DNA of 61,243 nucleotides, filler included, from Chthonomonadaceae bacterium (GTDB taxonomy: Bacteria; Armatimonadota; Chthonomonadetes; Chthonomonadales; Chthonomonadaceae), in NCBI GenBank assembly GCA_035650735.1. It is 4 parts of 4 records of this genome, joined end to end, with 100 filler letters (N's around TTAATTAATTAA, not from the genome) between each part and the next. Parts side by side here need not be neighbours in the genome. Positions count along the whole stretch, not along the records: positions 24,662 to 44,504 come from DASRGZ010000138.1; 3 more parts are not named here. One strand, 5' to 3'. Of this stretch, positions 29,186 through 39,208 are shown one piece after another (position 1 is the stretch's first letter; every line of letters starts with the position of its first letter). The translations under genes and the position numbers were made by a program. A model generated the notes under the pieces. That model worked only from the letters and a program-made list of their open reading frames with translations, made no database searches and had not been told where the DNA came from.

Positions 29186-29893
29186 GTGGCGAAGATGCTC
29201 TTTTTTCTGGCTCTTATGGTAGCGGGCTTCACCGGGCTGATCTTTCTGGCGCTGCCGGGAATGCTGCATCATGGCATGGGGTCGCAACATGCCGGGCATA
29301 CCGGACATGATGGAGGTCACATCGGACACGGCGGTCATGCGGGACATACGATTGGCAGTCACCATGCCGGGCATCTTGCTCACTCGGGCCAGCACGCAGG
29401 CGGACATCCTACTGGGCATGCCGCGCATGGGCACGGCGCCCACGCCGAGGAGACGGCAGGAACGCCGGTAAAGAGCTTCGGCGGACTAGTACCCTCCCCG
29501 CGCGTTATCTTTACCTGGCTGGCGCTATACGGTGCGTTCGGCTATGGGCTGGTCGGGGGCGCGCACTGGACGCCGCTGCTGGCCGGGCTTGCGGCTCTGG
29601 TTCCCACCTGGCTGGTGGATAGACTGCTGGTCACGCCGCTGTGGAACCTGCTGTTCCAGTTCCAGGGCAAGCCGGATTCGCCTCTGGAGAGCCTGGTAAT
29701 GGGCGATGCGGAGGCGGTGACGCCCTTCACGAACGGGCGCGGCATGGTCAGCGTCGTGCGGGATGGGAGACTGGTGCAGTTTTGCGCGCATCTGGCCGAC
29801 GCGCAGGCCGGAATGCGCGTCCGTGTCGGTGATAAGCTGCGTATCGAAGAGGTGGATGCCGAGAACGAGCGCCTTACCGTCACCTTGCGTTAG
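29186..29893 (+). CDS. NfeD/YuaF-like membrane protein with His/Gly-rich loop
   Basis: TM helix, 19-His tract, two more TM helices, C-terminal OB-fold-like region; upstream of an SPFH gene. Confidence 0.7.
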   Translation: MAKMLFFLALMVAGFTGLIFLALPGMLHHGMGSQHAGHTGHDGGHIGHGGHAGHTIGSHHAGHLAHSGQHAGGHPTGHAAHGHGAHAEETAGTPVKSFGGLVPSPRVIFTWLALYGAFGYGLVGGAHWTPLLAGLAALVPTWLVDRLLVTPLWNLLFQFQGKPDSPLESLVMGDAEAVTPFTNGRGMVSVVRDGRLVQFCAHLADAQAGMRVRVGDKLRIEEVDAENERLTVTLR

Positions 29894-29971
29894 TATTGTG
29901 GGGCCGGACACGGCGCGTTCGGCGGAGGCAGCGCGGCAACCTCAGCATCCGCGCAGAAAGAGAGACCAAGA

Positions 29972-31345
29972 GTGGAAACATTGCTGATTGTGGCCGGGGC
30001 CGTCGTAGGCGTCCTGATCCTGACGTCGATCATCATTACGACGTTCCTGCGCAGCGTGGATGCGGGCGAGATTTTGCTGGTAAGCTGGTTCGGTCGGGGG
30101 CGAGAGCGGCAGATTTTTCGCGGGCCGTGCAAAGCCTTTGTCGTGCCGCTCTTTACCCAGACGCGCGTGATCCCGGCCCAGGCGATCAACGTGGACATTG
30201 ACATCACCGACCAGACCGCCGACGTGGACGCCAACGGCAGGCCCGCGCCGGTCAAGGTCACGGTCAAGGCGTCGGCCATCGTCAGCGTCGGAGAGGACGA
30301 TGCGATGGTCAACACCGCCGCCAACAAGTTCTTCTCCAAGCCGCCGATGGAGCAGCTTGGCACGCTGACGGACGTGCTCTCGTCCGCCGGACGACGCGCC
30401 ATCAATCTGCTCAAGCACGATCAGTTGTTCAACGCGCGCACGGGAGGGCCGACCGGCACGGCGCTGGCGGTGCCCGCGCCGGGCACGGCGACCGACCTGG
30501 TGCGCCAGCAGGACGATGATGAGCTCGCCGTCATCATCAAGGAAGCCTGTTCTCGCGAATTGCAAGACCTGGGCCTCTCGTTCAACAGCCTCAACATCAA
30601 GGCCGTCTTGAGCGAGGTCGCGGAGGCCAGGCGGCGCGAGTCGGCAGCCCGCGCGAAGGCTAGCGCCGATGTCGTGCAGGCCCAGGAGGAGCAGCGCGCC
30701 CGCATCGCCCAACTGGAGGCGCAGCAGAAGATCAACGATCAGGAGCGCGCCCTGAACATGCAGATCGCCGCCAACGGTGCGGCCATCGCCCGCGCGGAGG
30801 CGGAGCGGCAGGCCGCCGTGCGCGAACAGCGTGAGGCCGAACTAACCGCTAGCCAGATCACTCAGGCCCGTGCCGATGCCGAGCAGAACGTCATCCAGCA
30901 GGAGGCGGAAGGTCGCGCGCAGGCCGCGCGTATCCGTCTGACCGCCGAGGCCGAAGCGGATGCCATCCGCAAGAAGGCGCAAGCCCTGGCCGAGGCGGGA
31001 CAGGCCTATCTCGACCTGCGCCGCCTGGAACTGGCGCCAGAGCTAACGCATGAGGTCGCGCTGGCGCTTGCCCGAGGCCAGTTCGTTAACTTCGGCTCCG
31101 GGGGTGCGGGCGGACAGAGCGCTGCCGCTTCCGGCTCCGACGATGTGATGCGCGTCGTCCAGACCTTGATGGCCGCTCAGATCATCACCAACAACGGACG
31201 CAGCGATGGCTTGCGGCGTGAGACTGGGGAGGCTATCGCAGCCGTTCCGCCGTCCTCCGAGCAGGCGGTCGTCACGCCTGCGCCCGGACAATCGGGGCAG
31301 TCGGCAGCACCGTCGCAACAAAGATCGGCCTTCCGAAAAAGCTGA
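29972..31345 (+). CDS. SPFH/flotillin family protein
   Basis: N-terminal TM, SPFH-like domain, Ala/Glu-rich coiled coil with AEAEA repeats. Confidence 0.8.
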   Translation: METLLIVAGAVVGVLILTSIIITTFLRSVDAGEILLVSWFGRGRERQIFRGPCKAFVVPLFTQTRVIPAQAINVDIDITDQTADVDANGRPAPVKVTVKASAIVSVGEDDAMVNTAANKFFSKPPMEQLGTLTDVLSSAGRRAINLLKHDQLFNARTGGPTGTALAVPAPGTATDLVRQQDDDELAVIIKEACSRELQDLGLSFNSLNIKAVLSEVAEARRRESAARAKASADVVQAQEEQRARIAQLEAQQKINDQERALNMQIAANGAAIARAEAERQAAVREQREAELTASQITQARADAEQNVIQQEAEGRAQAARIRLTAEAEADAIRKKAQALAEAGQAYLDLRRLELAPELTHEVALALARGQFVNFGSGGAGGQSAAASGSDDVMRVVQTLMAAQIITNNGRSDGLRRETGEAIAAVPPSSEQAVVTPAPGQSGQSAAPSQQRSAFRKS

Positions 31346-31400
31346 TCGGAGCGTGCGGCCATGGCCGGGCCATGAAAATACCTTAGGGTCTACTGCCGTT

Positions 31401-31529
31401 GCCGGGCACGGAAAGTACCCGGCTAGGGGGCCTAACGGCCAAGCGTCCTGGCGGACGCCCTGCCAAGCCAGGTTTTCCGTCCGAAGGACGGTCGGCGGCG
31501 TAGCCGCCCCGGCACTTTCCGTGCCCGGC
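31401..31529. repeat. MITE/REPIN-like element with 16-bp terminal inverted repeats
   Basis: GCCGGGCACGGAAAGT ... ACTTTCCGTGCCCGGC; related copies at 37279-37414 and 57646-57881. Confidence 0.8.
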
Positions 31530-31592
31530 TGGATTGACCAGACCGGTCCTTTATGGCCCGGCAAAACCCAATTGGTAAGATTCGTAAATAAG

Positions 31593-32675
31593 ATGCAACC
31601 TCTGATTGGAATAACGACTCAAGAACTAGAAGCTGTCGCTCAGGAACTGGGCCAGCCGGCCTATCGCGGGCGGCAGCTTGCCTCCTGGATTTATAAGCGA
31701 GGCGCGACCTCCTTCGACCAGATGACCGACTTGCCGCACGACCTGCGCGCCCGCCTGGCCGAATCCTATACGGTCGGCACGTTGAAGATAGCGCATAAAG
31801 ATGCGGCGGCGGATGGAACCATCAAATATCTGGTCGAATTGCCGGATGGCGAGAAGGTCGAAAGCGTCTACCTGCCCTATCCCGACCGCGTCTCTGTCTG
31901 CCTGTCTACCCAGGTCGGCTGCCCTGCCGGGTGCACCTTCTGCGCGACGGGACAGGGCGGGCTGGCGCGGAACCTGACGGCGGGCGAGATCGTCGGGCAG
32001 TTTCTGCTCATGCAATCCGGGAGCGCGCGGCGCATCACCCATGCGGTCTACATGGGCATGGGCGAACCGCTCTGGAACTATGAGGCTGTCGTGAAGAGCC
32101 TGCGCCTGCTGGGCAAGGAAGTCGGCGTGTCGCTGCGTAATCTCACCGTCTCCACGGTGGGCGTCGTTCCGGGCATCCGCGCGCTGGCCCAGGAAAACCT
32201 GCCCATCACGCTGGCGCTGTCGCTGCACGCCCCTGACGACGCCTTGCGCGCCCAACTCATCCCGACGGCCCGCAAGTGGAAGCTGGATGAGATCCTGGAC
32301 GCCTGCAAGGAGTACGCAAGCAGCACGCACCGCAATCTGACGTTTGAGTATCTGCTGATCGGCGGCATCAACGACAGCCCGGAGCAGGCCCGCGCCCTGG
32401 CCGCGCTGCTCAAAGCGAAGCAGTTGCCCGGCAACGTCAACCTGATACCGTTCAACTACGTGGAGACCCCGCAGGGCTTCCGCCGCCCGTCGCGGGAAAG
32501 CATTCTCCGCTTCCGCGAGGAGCTGGAGAAGGCGGGCCGGGTCACCACGCAGCGCATGACGCGCGGCCACGCCATCTCCGCCGCCTGCGGGCAGTTGCGG
32601 CGCAGCCTGACGCCGGGGGCCACGGCGCGTCCGGCCTGCCTGCGGGGAACGATGCTGGCCCTGACTCCGCGCTGA
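31593..32675 (+). CDS. rlmN: 23S rRNA A2503 C2-methyltransferase (radical SAM)
   Basis: CLSTQVGCPAGCTFCATG, MGMGEP, SLHAP, VNLIPFN, AACGQL. Confidence 0.95.
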   Translation: MQPLIGITTQELEAVAQELGQPAYRGRQLASWIYKRGATSFDQMTDLPHDLRARLAESYTVGTLKIAHKDAAADGTIKYLVELPDGEKVESVYLPYPDRVSVCLSTQVGCPAGCTFCATGQGGLARNLTAGEIVGQFLLMQSGSARRITHAVYMGMGEPLWNYEAVVKSLRLLGKEVGVSLRNLTVSTVGVVPGIRALAQENLPITLALSLHAPDDALRAQLIPTARKWKLDEILDACKEYASSTHRNLTFEYLLIGGINDSPEQARALAALLKAKQLPGNVNLIPFNYVETPQGFRRPSRESILRFREELEKAGRVTTQRMTRGHAISAACGQLRRSLTPGATARPACLRGTMLALTPR

Positions 32676-32763
32676 CCGCGCTGAGAGGCCGCGCCGGCAG
32701 CCATCGCGCAGGTAAGCAATTCCGACGACGTAGAGCCAGACCTTGCATGAGGTATATCCTTAC

Positions 32764-33357
32764 ATGGCCTCTGCCATAAATAGGGGGATCGCTTGCAGCC
32801 TGGCGCTCGCGCTGCTGCTTGTGGGCGTTGGGTGCGGCGGAGCGCGCGTCAAAGCGGCCAAAAAGCCGGAACCGACCGGCGCGGCGGAGACGCAGCCCAG
32901 CCTGCCCGGAGGCATTACCGGGCAGGAGTGGCATATTCTGTGGTCCACCCGCAATCCTACTCAGCCGAACGGCAAGCCGCTGCCCGTCGTGGACGCCCAT
33001 GCCCGCACCGGCGAGCTCATGGACCGCGCCGAGGGCGATACGATCCTGCTGCATGACGTCCATGCCCGGCTCTATCGCAACGGCAAGCCCGCCGCCATTA
33101 TAGATGCTCCGCAGGTCACGGCGAACCAGCGGGACCGTATTCTCGTCGGGACGGGCGGCGTTACCCTGATCTCTCTAGCCGACCCGCCGGATACGACGGT
33201 GAAAGCCAATAAGATCACCTGGAATACGCGCACGGATGAGATCGTCGGGGTCGGCAATACGCATATCGTTCGGCGATTGCGGGACGGAACGCCCTTTGAG
33301 CAGATCGGCGGGCGCGTTACCTATGATAGCAAGGCGAAAGATTTCAATATTGAGTGA
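32764..33357 (+). CDS. lptC: LptC-like LPS export protein, possible lipoprotein
   Basis: Hydrophobic N-terminus ending VGVGC, beta-rich body, first gene of the lpt block. Confidence 0.55.
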   Translation: MASAINRGIACSLALALLLVGVGCGGARVKAAKKPEPTGAAETQPSLPGGITGQEWHILWSTRNPTQPNGKPLPVVDAHARTGELMDRAEGDTILLHDVHARLYRNGKPAAIIDAPQVTANQRDRILVGTGGVTLISLADPPDTTVKANKITWNTRTDEIVGVGNTHIVRRLRDGTPFEQIGGRVTYDSKAKDFNIE

Positions 33358-33477
33358 TAGGGCTGCGGATAGCGGTCCCATAAGACCGATCTCCCCAGGC
33401 AGGTTTTCCCAGGATGGCAGAGCGCCTGAGGGGATAGGCTTTAAGCGCATGGAGACCTTCAGGACAAAGGAAGTCGA

Positions 33478-35244
33478 ATGAACCGTTTCGAGGACAGGAG
33501 AATCCTCGCCGCAATGCTGGTCGGCCTCGGCCTGCTGGGGCTGCTAGCCGGCCGGCCAGCGCGCGCTACCCAGCCGCCCGCCGCCGTACCGAAATCTGAG
33601 CGGCAGCCGGCCCGCCCCGCTCCCCAGAGCGGCCCGAAGATATCGCGCTTCGGCAAGGACGTTACCATTACCGGGTACACCCAACTCAAGGCCAAAGCCG
33701 ATGGGTCCGGCGTCACCATCCTCGGCCCCAACACCCTCGTCGTCCTTCAGGATCCGCGCAGCCGCTCCACCCTCCGCCTGCACGCCGATACCCTCACCTC
33801 TCGAAAGGAAGGTACGGAGCTGCTGGGCCGGATTGATTTGAGCGGGAACGTGCGCTACACCATCACGCAGCGGACGGAATCCGGGACCCAACGCACGGTG
33901 GAGGGCACGGCGGGCCATGCCTTCTATCGGCGCGCGACCAACCGCTTAGAGCTGACCGACGGCGTGCGGGCCGCTCTCCTCGATCCCGAGCGTCTCAGCG
34001 GGCCGGGCTCGCTGTTGGCGGGCCGCGTCACGGTCGAGATCGGGCCGGGGCCGTATCGCTATATCATTGAGGGCAGCAACAACGATATCCGCTTTACGCC
34101 GCGTGAAAATGCCGGAAGCGCGGGCAGGCCGCAGCCTGGCGAAGTCCATATCTACGGCTACGAGTCCGGCGAGTTTGTGGTCGGGCAGAGGGCGCAGTTC
34201 TCCGGCGCGGGCACGACGGTAGATTTCGACAATCCGACGGATAAGACGCATACCCGCTTCCAGGCCAATCGCATCGCCGCCGCCTTCACGCCCGACCACG
34301 CCGCCTTGAGCCGCGCGGAGGCCGAAGGGGGCGTCCGCTATGCGATTGAGCGGCCCGCGCCGAGCGGACAGGGCCAGCAGGCTGTGAAGGGCACCGGTGC
34401 GCGCGTTACCTACGACGCTCAAAGCTCCCAGGTCGTGTTGCAGGGGAGGGTGCGCGCCGACATCACGGACTCGGAGGCGCTGCTCAGGCCGGCGCGCATG
34501 GTGGCGGATCGGGTGGTCGCCTTCCTGGGAACGGCGGAACAGCCCACGCACTATAAAATGACGGGCGAGGCGAATCAGACGCGCCTGCGCTTCACGCCGC
34601 GCCCGCCCGCCGGAGCGGAAACGGTTGGCAGCGAAGGGCAGCCCCGCAACTTTCCTATCGGTGAGGTGGAAGTTGTCGGCTTCACCGTCGGGGAGTACTA
34701 TCCAGGTCAGAGCCTATCGCTGCACGGGCCAGCAACGACCTTCGGCACCTTCGACCGGGCCACGCGTACGCGCACGCAGTTCCAGGCCAGCCACATCCTC
34801 GCGGCCTTTGCCCGGAATCGCAACGTCACTAACGTCGAGGCGACAGGAAATGTCCGCTTTTATGTCGAACAACCTTCTACCGCCACCGAAGCTTCCGGAG
34901 GCTTGAATAAGAATCTGGAATCGGTGACCGGCACGGCCCAGAAAGTCGTCTTTACGAATACGCCGGAGGCGAAGAAGGTCGTGGTGCAGGGCAAGTTTGT
35001 CGCGCACGTACGCGACCCGGAAAACCTGCAAGGGCCGGGACTCATCCGGGGCGAGGCAGGCGGCACCCTCGCCGAGGCCGATACGCTGACGCTGGATCTG
35101 TCCGCGCGGCCCTATGAGTTCGATATCTCCAGCCCCAAGCAGACGGCCTCGATTGAGTTCCAGCCGCGCGAACGAAGCCAGGCGCAGGGCACGCCAGCAG
35201 GCAAGGCGCCCGCCTCCTCGAAGCCGGGAACAAAGAAACCATAA
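33478..35244 (+). CDS. LptA/OstA-like periplasmic protein with three tandem repeats
   Basis: Signal peptide; three ~180-190 aa units, each with GxVRY/F...V.GT...D.E.L..P...F.PR; directly upstream of lptB. Confidence 0.65.
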   Translation: MNRFEDRRILAAMLVGLGLLGLLAGRPARATQPPAAVPKSERQPARPAPQSGPKISRFGKDVTITGYTQLKAKADGSGVTILGPNTLVVLQDPRSRSTLRLHADTLTSRKEGTELLGRIDLSGNVRYTITQRTESGTQRTVEGTAGHAFYRRATNRLELTDGVRAALLDPERLSGPGSLLAGRVTVEIGPGPYRYIIEGSNNDIRFTPRENAGSAGRPQPGEVHIYGYESGEFVVGQRAQFSGAGTTVDFDNPTDKTHTRFQANRIAAAFTPDHAALSRAEAEGGVRYAIERPAPSGQGQQAVKGTGARVTYDAQSSQVVLQGRVRADITDSEALLRPARMVADRVVAFLGTAEQPTHYKMTGEANQTRLRFTPRPPAGAETVGSEGQPRNFPIGEVEVVGFTVGEYYPGQSLSLHGPATTFGTFDRATRTRTQFQASHILAAFARNRNVTNVEATGNVRFYVEQPSTATEASGGLNKNLESVTGTAQKVVFTNTPEAKKVVVQGKFVAHVRDPENLQGPGLIRGEAGGTLAEADTLTLDLSARPYEFDISSPKQTASIEFQPRERSQAQGTPAGKAPASSKPGTKKP

Positions 35245-35277
35245 GACTTAACCCTGGGGAGATCAGGAAGCGCACGA

Positions 35278-36129
35278 TTGGAAATTCGCACGGAAAATCT
35301 GGTTAAAATCTACCGCGGGCGTCGGGTCGTCAACAATATCAGCCTGGAGATCCAGGAGGGCGAGGTCGTCGGGCTGCTGGGCCCCAACGGCGCGGGCAAG
35401 ACCACCACGTTCTACATGATCGTCGGGCTGGTCAAGCCCAACAGTGGGCAGGTGCTGCTCGACGGGCAGGACATCACGCGCCGCCCGATGTACAAGCGGG
35501 CGCGGGCCGGCATCGGCTACCTGCCGCAGGAGGCGTCCGTCTTCCGCAATCTGACGGTGTGGGAGAACCTGTATCTGGTTCTGCAAATGCAGCCGCTCTC
35601 CCAGGCCGAGCGCAAGGCGCGCGCCGAGGCGCTGCTGGAAGACCTGCATATCACCCACCTGCGCAATCACTACGGCAAAACGCTCTCCGGCGGCGAGCGG
35701 CGGCGCGTCGAGATCGCCCGCGCCCTGGCCGCCTCGCCACGCTTCATCCTGTTGGATGAGCCCTTTACCGGCGTAGACCCCAAAGCCATCGAAGACATCG
35801 AGACGATCATCTACCGCCTGTCCAAGCGGGACAAAATCGGCATCCTGATCACCGACCATAACGTGGAGGCGATGCTGCGGATCACGGAGCGCGCCTACAT
35901 CATTGCCGATGGGGAGAAGCGAGTCTCCGGTCCCTCCCGTCAACTGCTGCACGACCCGGAGGCGCGCGCGGCCTACTTCGGCGAGCGCTACGGCCAGAGG
36001 CGCGACCTGGCGCGCGAGGCCGCCGAGGCGGAATTGCAGGAGAGCCTGGGCGGCGATTGGAGCGCGGAGACGCCGGAAGAGAATGGCGACGAGGATGAGG
36101 GAGGAAGCGGCAACGATGCGTCTGATTGA
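35278..36129 (+). CDS. lptB: LPS export ABC transporter ATPase
   Basis: GLLGPNGAGKTTTFYMIVGL, GYLPQEASVFR, LSGGERRRVEIARAL, LITDHNV. Confidence 0.96.
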   Translation: MEIRTENLVKIYRGRRVVNNISLEIQEGEVVGLLGPNGAGKTTTFYMIVGLVKPNSGQVLLDGQDITRRPMYKRARAGIGYLPQEASVFRNLTVWENLYLVLQMQPLSQAERKARAEALLEDLHITHLRNHYGKTLSGGERRRVEIARALAASPRFILLDEPFTGVDPKAIEDIETIIYRLSKRDKIGILITDHNVEAMLRITERAYIIADGEKRVSGPSRQLLHDPEARAAYFGERYGQRRDLAREAAEAELQESLGGDWSAETPEENGDEDEGGSGNDASD

Positions 36130-37258
36130 TAAGCTGGTGTTCATAGACCTCATCGGCCCGTTCCTCAATGGGATGGTAATGTTCCTGACGCTGCTGTTCG
36201 CCGCCACCTACCTGTTCCCGGCAACGGAGCTGCTCGTGCGCGGCATTCCGCTGCTCACCGTCATTCGGCTGACCCTCCTGCTGCTGCCGAGCATCCTGAC
36301 CCAGACCTTTCCGATGGCGATGCTGCTGGCGGGCCTGCTGGGCCTGGGGCGCATCTCCGCCGACCACGAGGCGGTGGCGATCTTTGCGGCGGGCATCAGC
36401 TTTCCCCGCGTCGTGCGGATCGTGCTGATTACCGGCACCCTCGTCAGCCTGATCGCCTTTCTCTGGAACGATAACGTGGTGCCGCCGGCCAGCGCTGCCG
36501 CGCTCAGAATTCGGCAGGAAGCGGAAAAGCATATCCAGAATCTAGATAAGCCGCTCAGCTATACCGTCGAGGGCAAACAAGGAGTCGAGGAATTTGTCAA
36601 AATAGATGGCGGCTTCGATGCGCAGACTCGCACCCTTCGCCGCGTCTCTATCGTTAAATACAGCCAGGATCCGCAACGGCAGGGGCAGCCGGAAGTCCTC
36701 ATCTACTGCAGCCGGGCCATCGCCAACGATGAGAAGGGCCTGGACTGGACTTACTACGACGGCTACCTGCTCCCCATTACGCCCGGCAACGACCGCAATA
36801 GCATCGATAATTCCCTGGTTATTAACTTCAAAGAGCTGAGGGCGCTGCCCCGCGGGGCCTCCATCGGCAAGCGATGGGATGAGGTCCTCAGCGTTCAGCG
36901 TGACGACCCCAACAGCAAGAGCTTTAGCCAGCTGCGCCAGGAGATCGAGGCCGAGCGCCAGAAGGGCATGGATACCGGCGGCAAAGAAGTGGATCTCTAC
37001 GGCAAGATCTCGCTGCCGCTGGCCAGCCTCATCTTCGGGATGGTGGGCGCGGCGCTGGGCCTCAACACGCAGCGCGGCGGCGGCAAGACCGTCGGCTTCG
37101 GCATGGCGATCTTTATCGTCTTTCTCTACTGGATCTTCTATCACTCTATGTTCGTGCTCGGCAAGGGAGGCAGCCTGCCTCCGATGCTGGCGAGCTTCCT
37201 GCCCGATATTGTGGGGGCGGTTGTCGGCGTTATCCTGACCGTGCGCGCATCCCGTTAA
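36116..37258 (+). CDS. LptF/LptG family permease
   Basis: MRLIDK...GPF start, 3 TM + periplasmic domain + 3 TM, overlaps lptB. Confidence 0.9.
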   Translation: MRLIDKLVFIDLIGPFLNGMVMFLTLLFAATYLFPATELLVRGIPLLTVIRLTLLLLPSILTQTFPMAMLLAGLLGLGRISADHEAVAIFAAGISFPRVVRIVLITGTLVSLIAFLWNDNVVPPASAAALRIRQEAEKHIQNLDKPLSYTVEGKQGVEEFVKIDGGFDAQTRTLRRVSIVKYSQDPQRQGQPEVLIYCSRAIANDEKGLDWTYYDGYLLPITPGNDRNSIDNSLVINFKELRALPRGASIGKRWDEVLSVQRDDPNSKSFSQLRQEIEAERQKGMDTGGKEVDLYGKISLPLASLIFGMVGAALGLNTQRGGGKTVGFGMAIFIVFLYWIFYHSMFVLGKGGSLPPMLASFLPDIVGAVVGVILTVRASR

Positions 37259-37278
37259 TCTCTCGCGACCGATAGGGA

Positions 37279-37414
37279 GCCGGGCACTGAAAGTACCCGG
37301 CTCTAGGGCCTACGGCCAAGCGCCCTGGCGGACGCACAGCCAAGCCAGGTGTTCCGTCCGGGAGGACGGTTGGCGGCGCAGCCGCCCTCTAGACGGGTAC
37401 TTTCCGTGCCCGGC
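37279..37414. repeat. MITE/REPIN-like element, same family as 31401-31529
   Basis: GCCGGGCACTGAAAGTACCCG ... CGGGTACTTTCCGTGCCCGGC. Confidence 0.8.
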
Positions 37415-37485
37415 ACGGATCGGAGGTTTTCAATGCCCGGCTAGGACCTTTGTGCGAGGTTCCAGCGGACAAGGGGTATCCTGCC

Positions 37486-39072
37486 ATGTTATGGACACTG
37501 CTCGCCCTGGCGTCTCTGGTGGCGCTGGGCGGGTTTATCGCCTATTATGGGGATCTGCAGGGGAGGCGCTGGGGCAAAAAACGGGTCTCCTGGTTCGGCC
37601 TGCGTCCTAAACATACCGCGATCCTGATCACCAGCCTGACCGGCGCGTTCATCTCGCTGCTAAGCATCGTCACGCTGCTTGCCATCAACCAGCCGCTGCG
37701 CGAAGCCATCCTTAACGGCGAAACGGCCATCCGCGAGAACAAGCGGCTCAACTCGCAGTTAGTTATCGAGCGTATTCAGTCGGAAAACAGCTTAAACGAA
37801 TCCCGCTCCCGGGAACAGATCGCCCGCGCCAACTATGAAAATGCCTCCCGCGCCGCCGCCGATAAGCAAAGACAATTAGAGCGACTCAATGCCAAGCTGG
37901 CCGATCTCAACACGCACATCCAGAAGCTGCTGGCGCAATATAGTGCCCTGCAGCAGCAGTATTTCCGTGAGCAGCGTGCGGTCCTGGCCGAACAAAATAA
38001 GAACCGTAAGCTGCACGCCGACAATCAGGAATTGACACAGCTCAATGAGACCGCCGGAAAGATCAACGAGGCCATCGGCAAGCAAAATGTGGACCTGGCC
38101 CGGCAAAAAATCGAGCTGAGCAAGAACAACCAGAAACTCAAGCAGGCCAACGCCAGGCTCACCGAGGGCAATAAGACCCTGCTGACCGTCCGCGATCAGC
38201 AGATTGAGAAGAACGCAGAGCTTTCCAGACAAAACGCGGCGCTGGCCGAGGCGAACAAGCAACTGCTTGGCAGCAACCGGGATCTGGAGCAGCAGGCCAG
38301 AGACCTGCAAGCCCGGATCGCTCAGCTCAATCAAGAATACGCCTCGCTCTCCGGCGAACGGCTCAATATCGCGCGCAGCTATCTGGCGCTGCGGCAGGGC
38401 AAGTTCAGCCTGCGGGCCGGGGCGGAATTGGCGCGGCGGACCTTTGATGCCCACCTGCGCCCGGAGGCCGTGCGCGCCCGATTGAGCGATCTGCTGGATG
38501 AGGCAAGCGCAATGGCGATCACGCATGGAGCCGTGCGCGCCGACAATGGCCGCGCGGTGCGAATCGTTACCAAGCGCTTCCTTCTGCTGGCGGGCCAGAT
38601 GGACGCCGATGAGCGGGCCAGCGTGGATGCCCTGGTGGATCGCCTTACCGCCAGCGATACGCCGGTCGTCGTGGTGGCCAACGCCGTCAACAACAGCGTG
38701 GAGGGCGAGCAAGTGCTCATCGAGCTAACCCCGTTCGCCGTGCGCCGCGTTTTCGGCAAGGGTGAGCGCGTCGCTTCCTGCGTGATCAACGCCCGCCAGC
38801 CCACCGACCGGATCTTCGACTCCATCGTTCAGTTCCTCAACCAGGATGTGCGCGATGCGGCGCTCAAGGCCGGCACCATCCCGCAGACCGATCCCGAGAC
38901 GGGCCAGCGCCGGGTCGGCAGTATCGAGACGAGCGACCTGCTCAAGCTGACGGAGCGCATCCGCCGCATGAACGGGCAGGTGCTGCTGACCGCAATCGCC
39001 AAAGAAGAGACCACTTCCGCCGACCCGCTGCGCCTGGACTTCAAGCTCTCGCGCCCGGCAGAGGGGTCCTGA
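37486..39072 (+). CDS. DUF3084 family membrane-anchored coiled-coil protein
   Basis: GGFIAYYGD...GKKRVSWFGLRPKHTA...ITSLTG, then a long coiled coil. Confidence 0.88.
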   Translation: MLWTLLALASLVALGGFIAYYGDLQGRRWGKKRVSWFGLRPKHTAILITSLTGAFISLLSIVTLLAINQPLREAILNGETAIRENKRLNSQLVIERIQSENSLNESRSREQIARANYENASRAAADKQRQLERLNAKLADLNTHIQKLLAQYSALQQQYFREQRAVLAEQNKNRKLHADNQELTQLNETAGKINEAIGKQNVDLARQKIELSKNNQKLKQANARLTEGNKTLLTVRDQQIEKNAELSRQNAALAEANKQLLGSNRDLEQQARDLQARIAQLNQEYASLSGERLNIARSYLALRQGKFSLRAGAELARRTFDAHLRPEAVRARLSDLLDEASAMAITHGAVRADNGRAVRIVTKRFLLLAGQMDADERASVDALVDRLTASDTPVVVVANAVNNSVEGEQVLIELTPFAVRRVFGKGERVASCVINARQPTDRIFDSIVQFLNQDVRDAALKAGTIPQTDPETGQRRVGSIETSDLLKLTERIRRMNGQVLLTAIAKEETTSADPLRLDFKLSRPAEGS

Positions 39073-39208
39073 TACCAACTCCAGTGGAATTCTTAGTTGA
39101 TCCACGCTGGCCAGCCTCGCACGCAACTGCTAGCCAGTGGAATCCTTGGTGTCTCGCTACCTCAAACAGCGGCGCATACGGGAACGACTCCACCGGAGGG
39201 GATATAAA

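Noticed and set aside
31206..31592. N-terminal extensions in the ORF track (rlmN from 31206, TIM barrel from 12820, lptF/G from 35903, permease from 42348, TMEM175 from 57808)
   Set aside because: They run through repeats or neighbouring genes; family homology starts at downstream ATGs
31593..32675. Cfr resistance methyltransferase, given the nearby Rmt gene
   Set aside because: Motifs (STQVGC, SLHAP) and housekeeping context fit RlmN better; a tree would settle it
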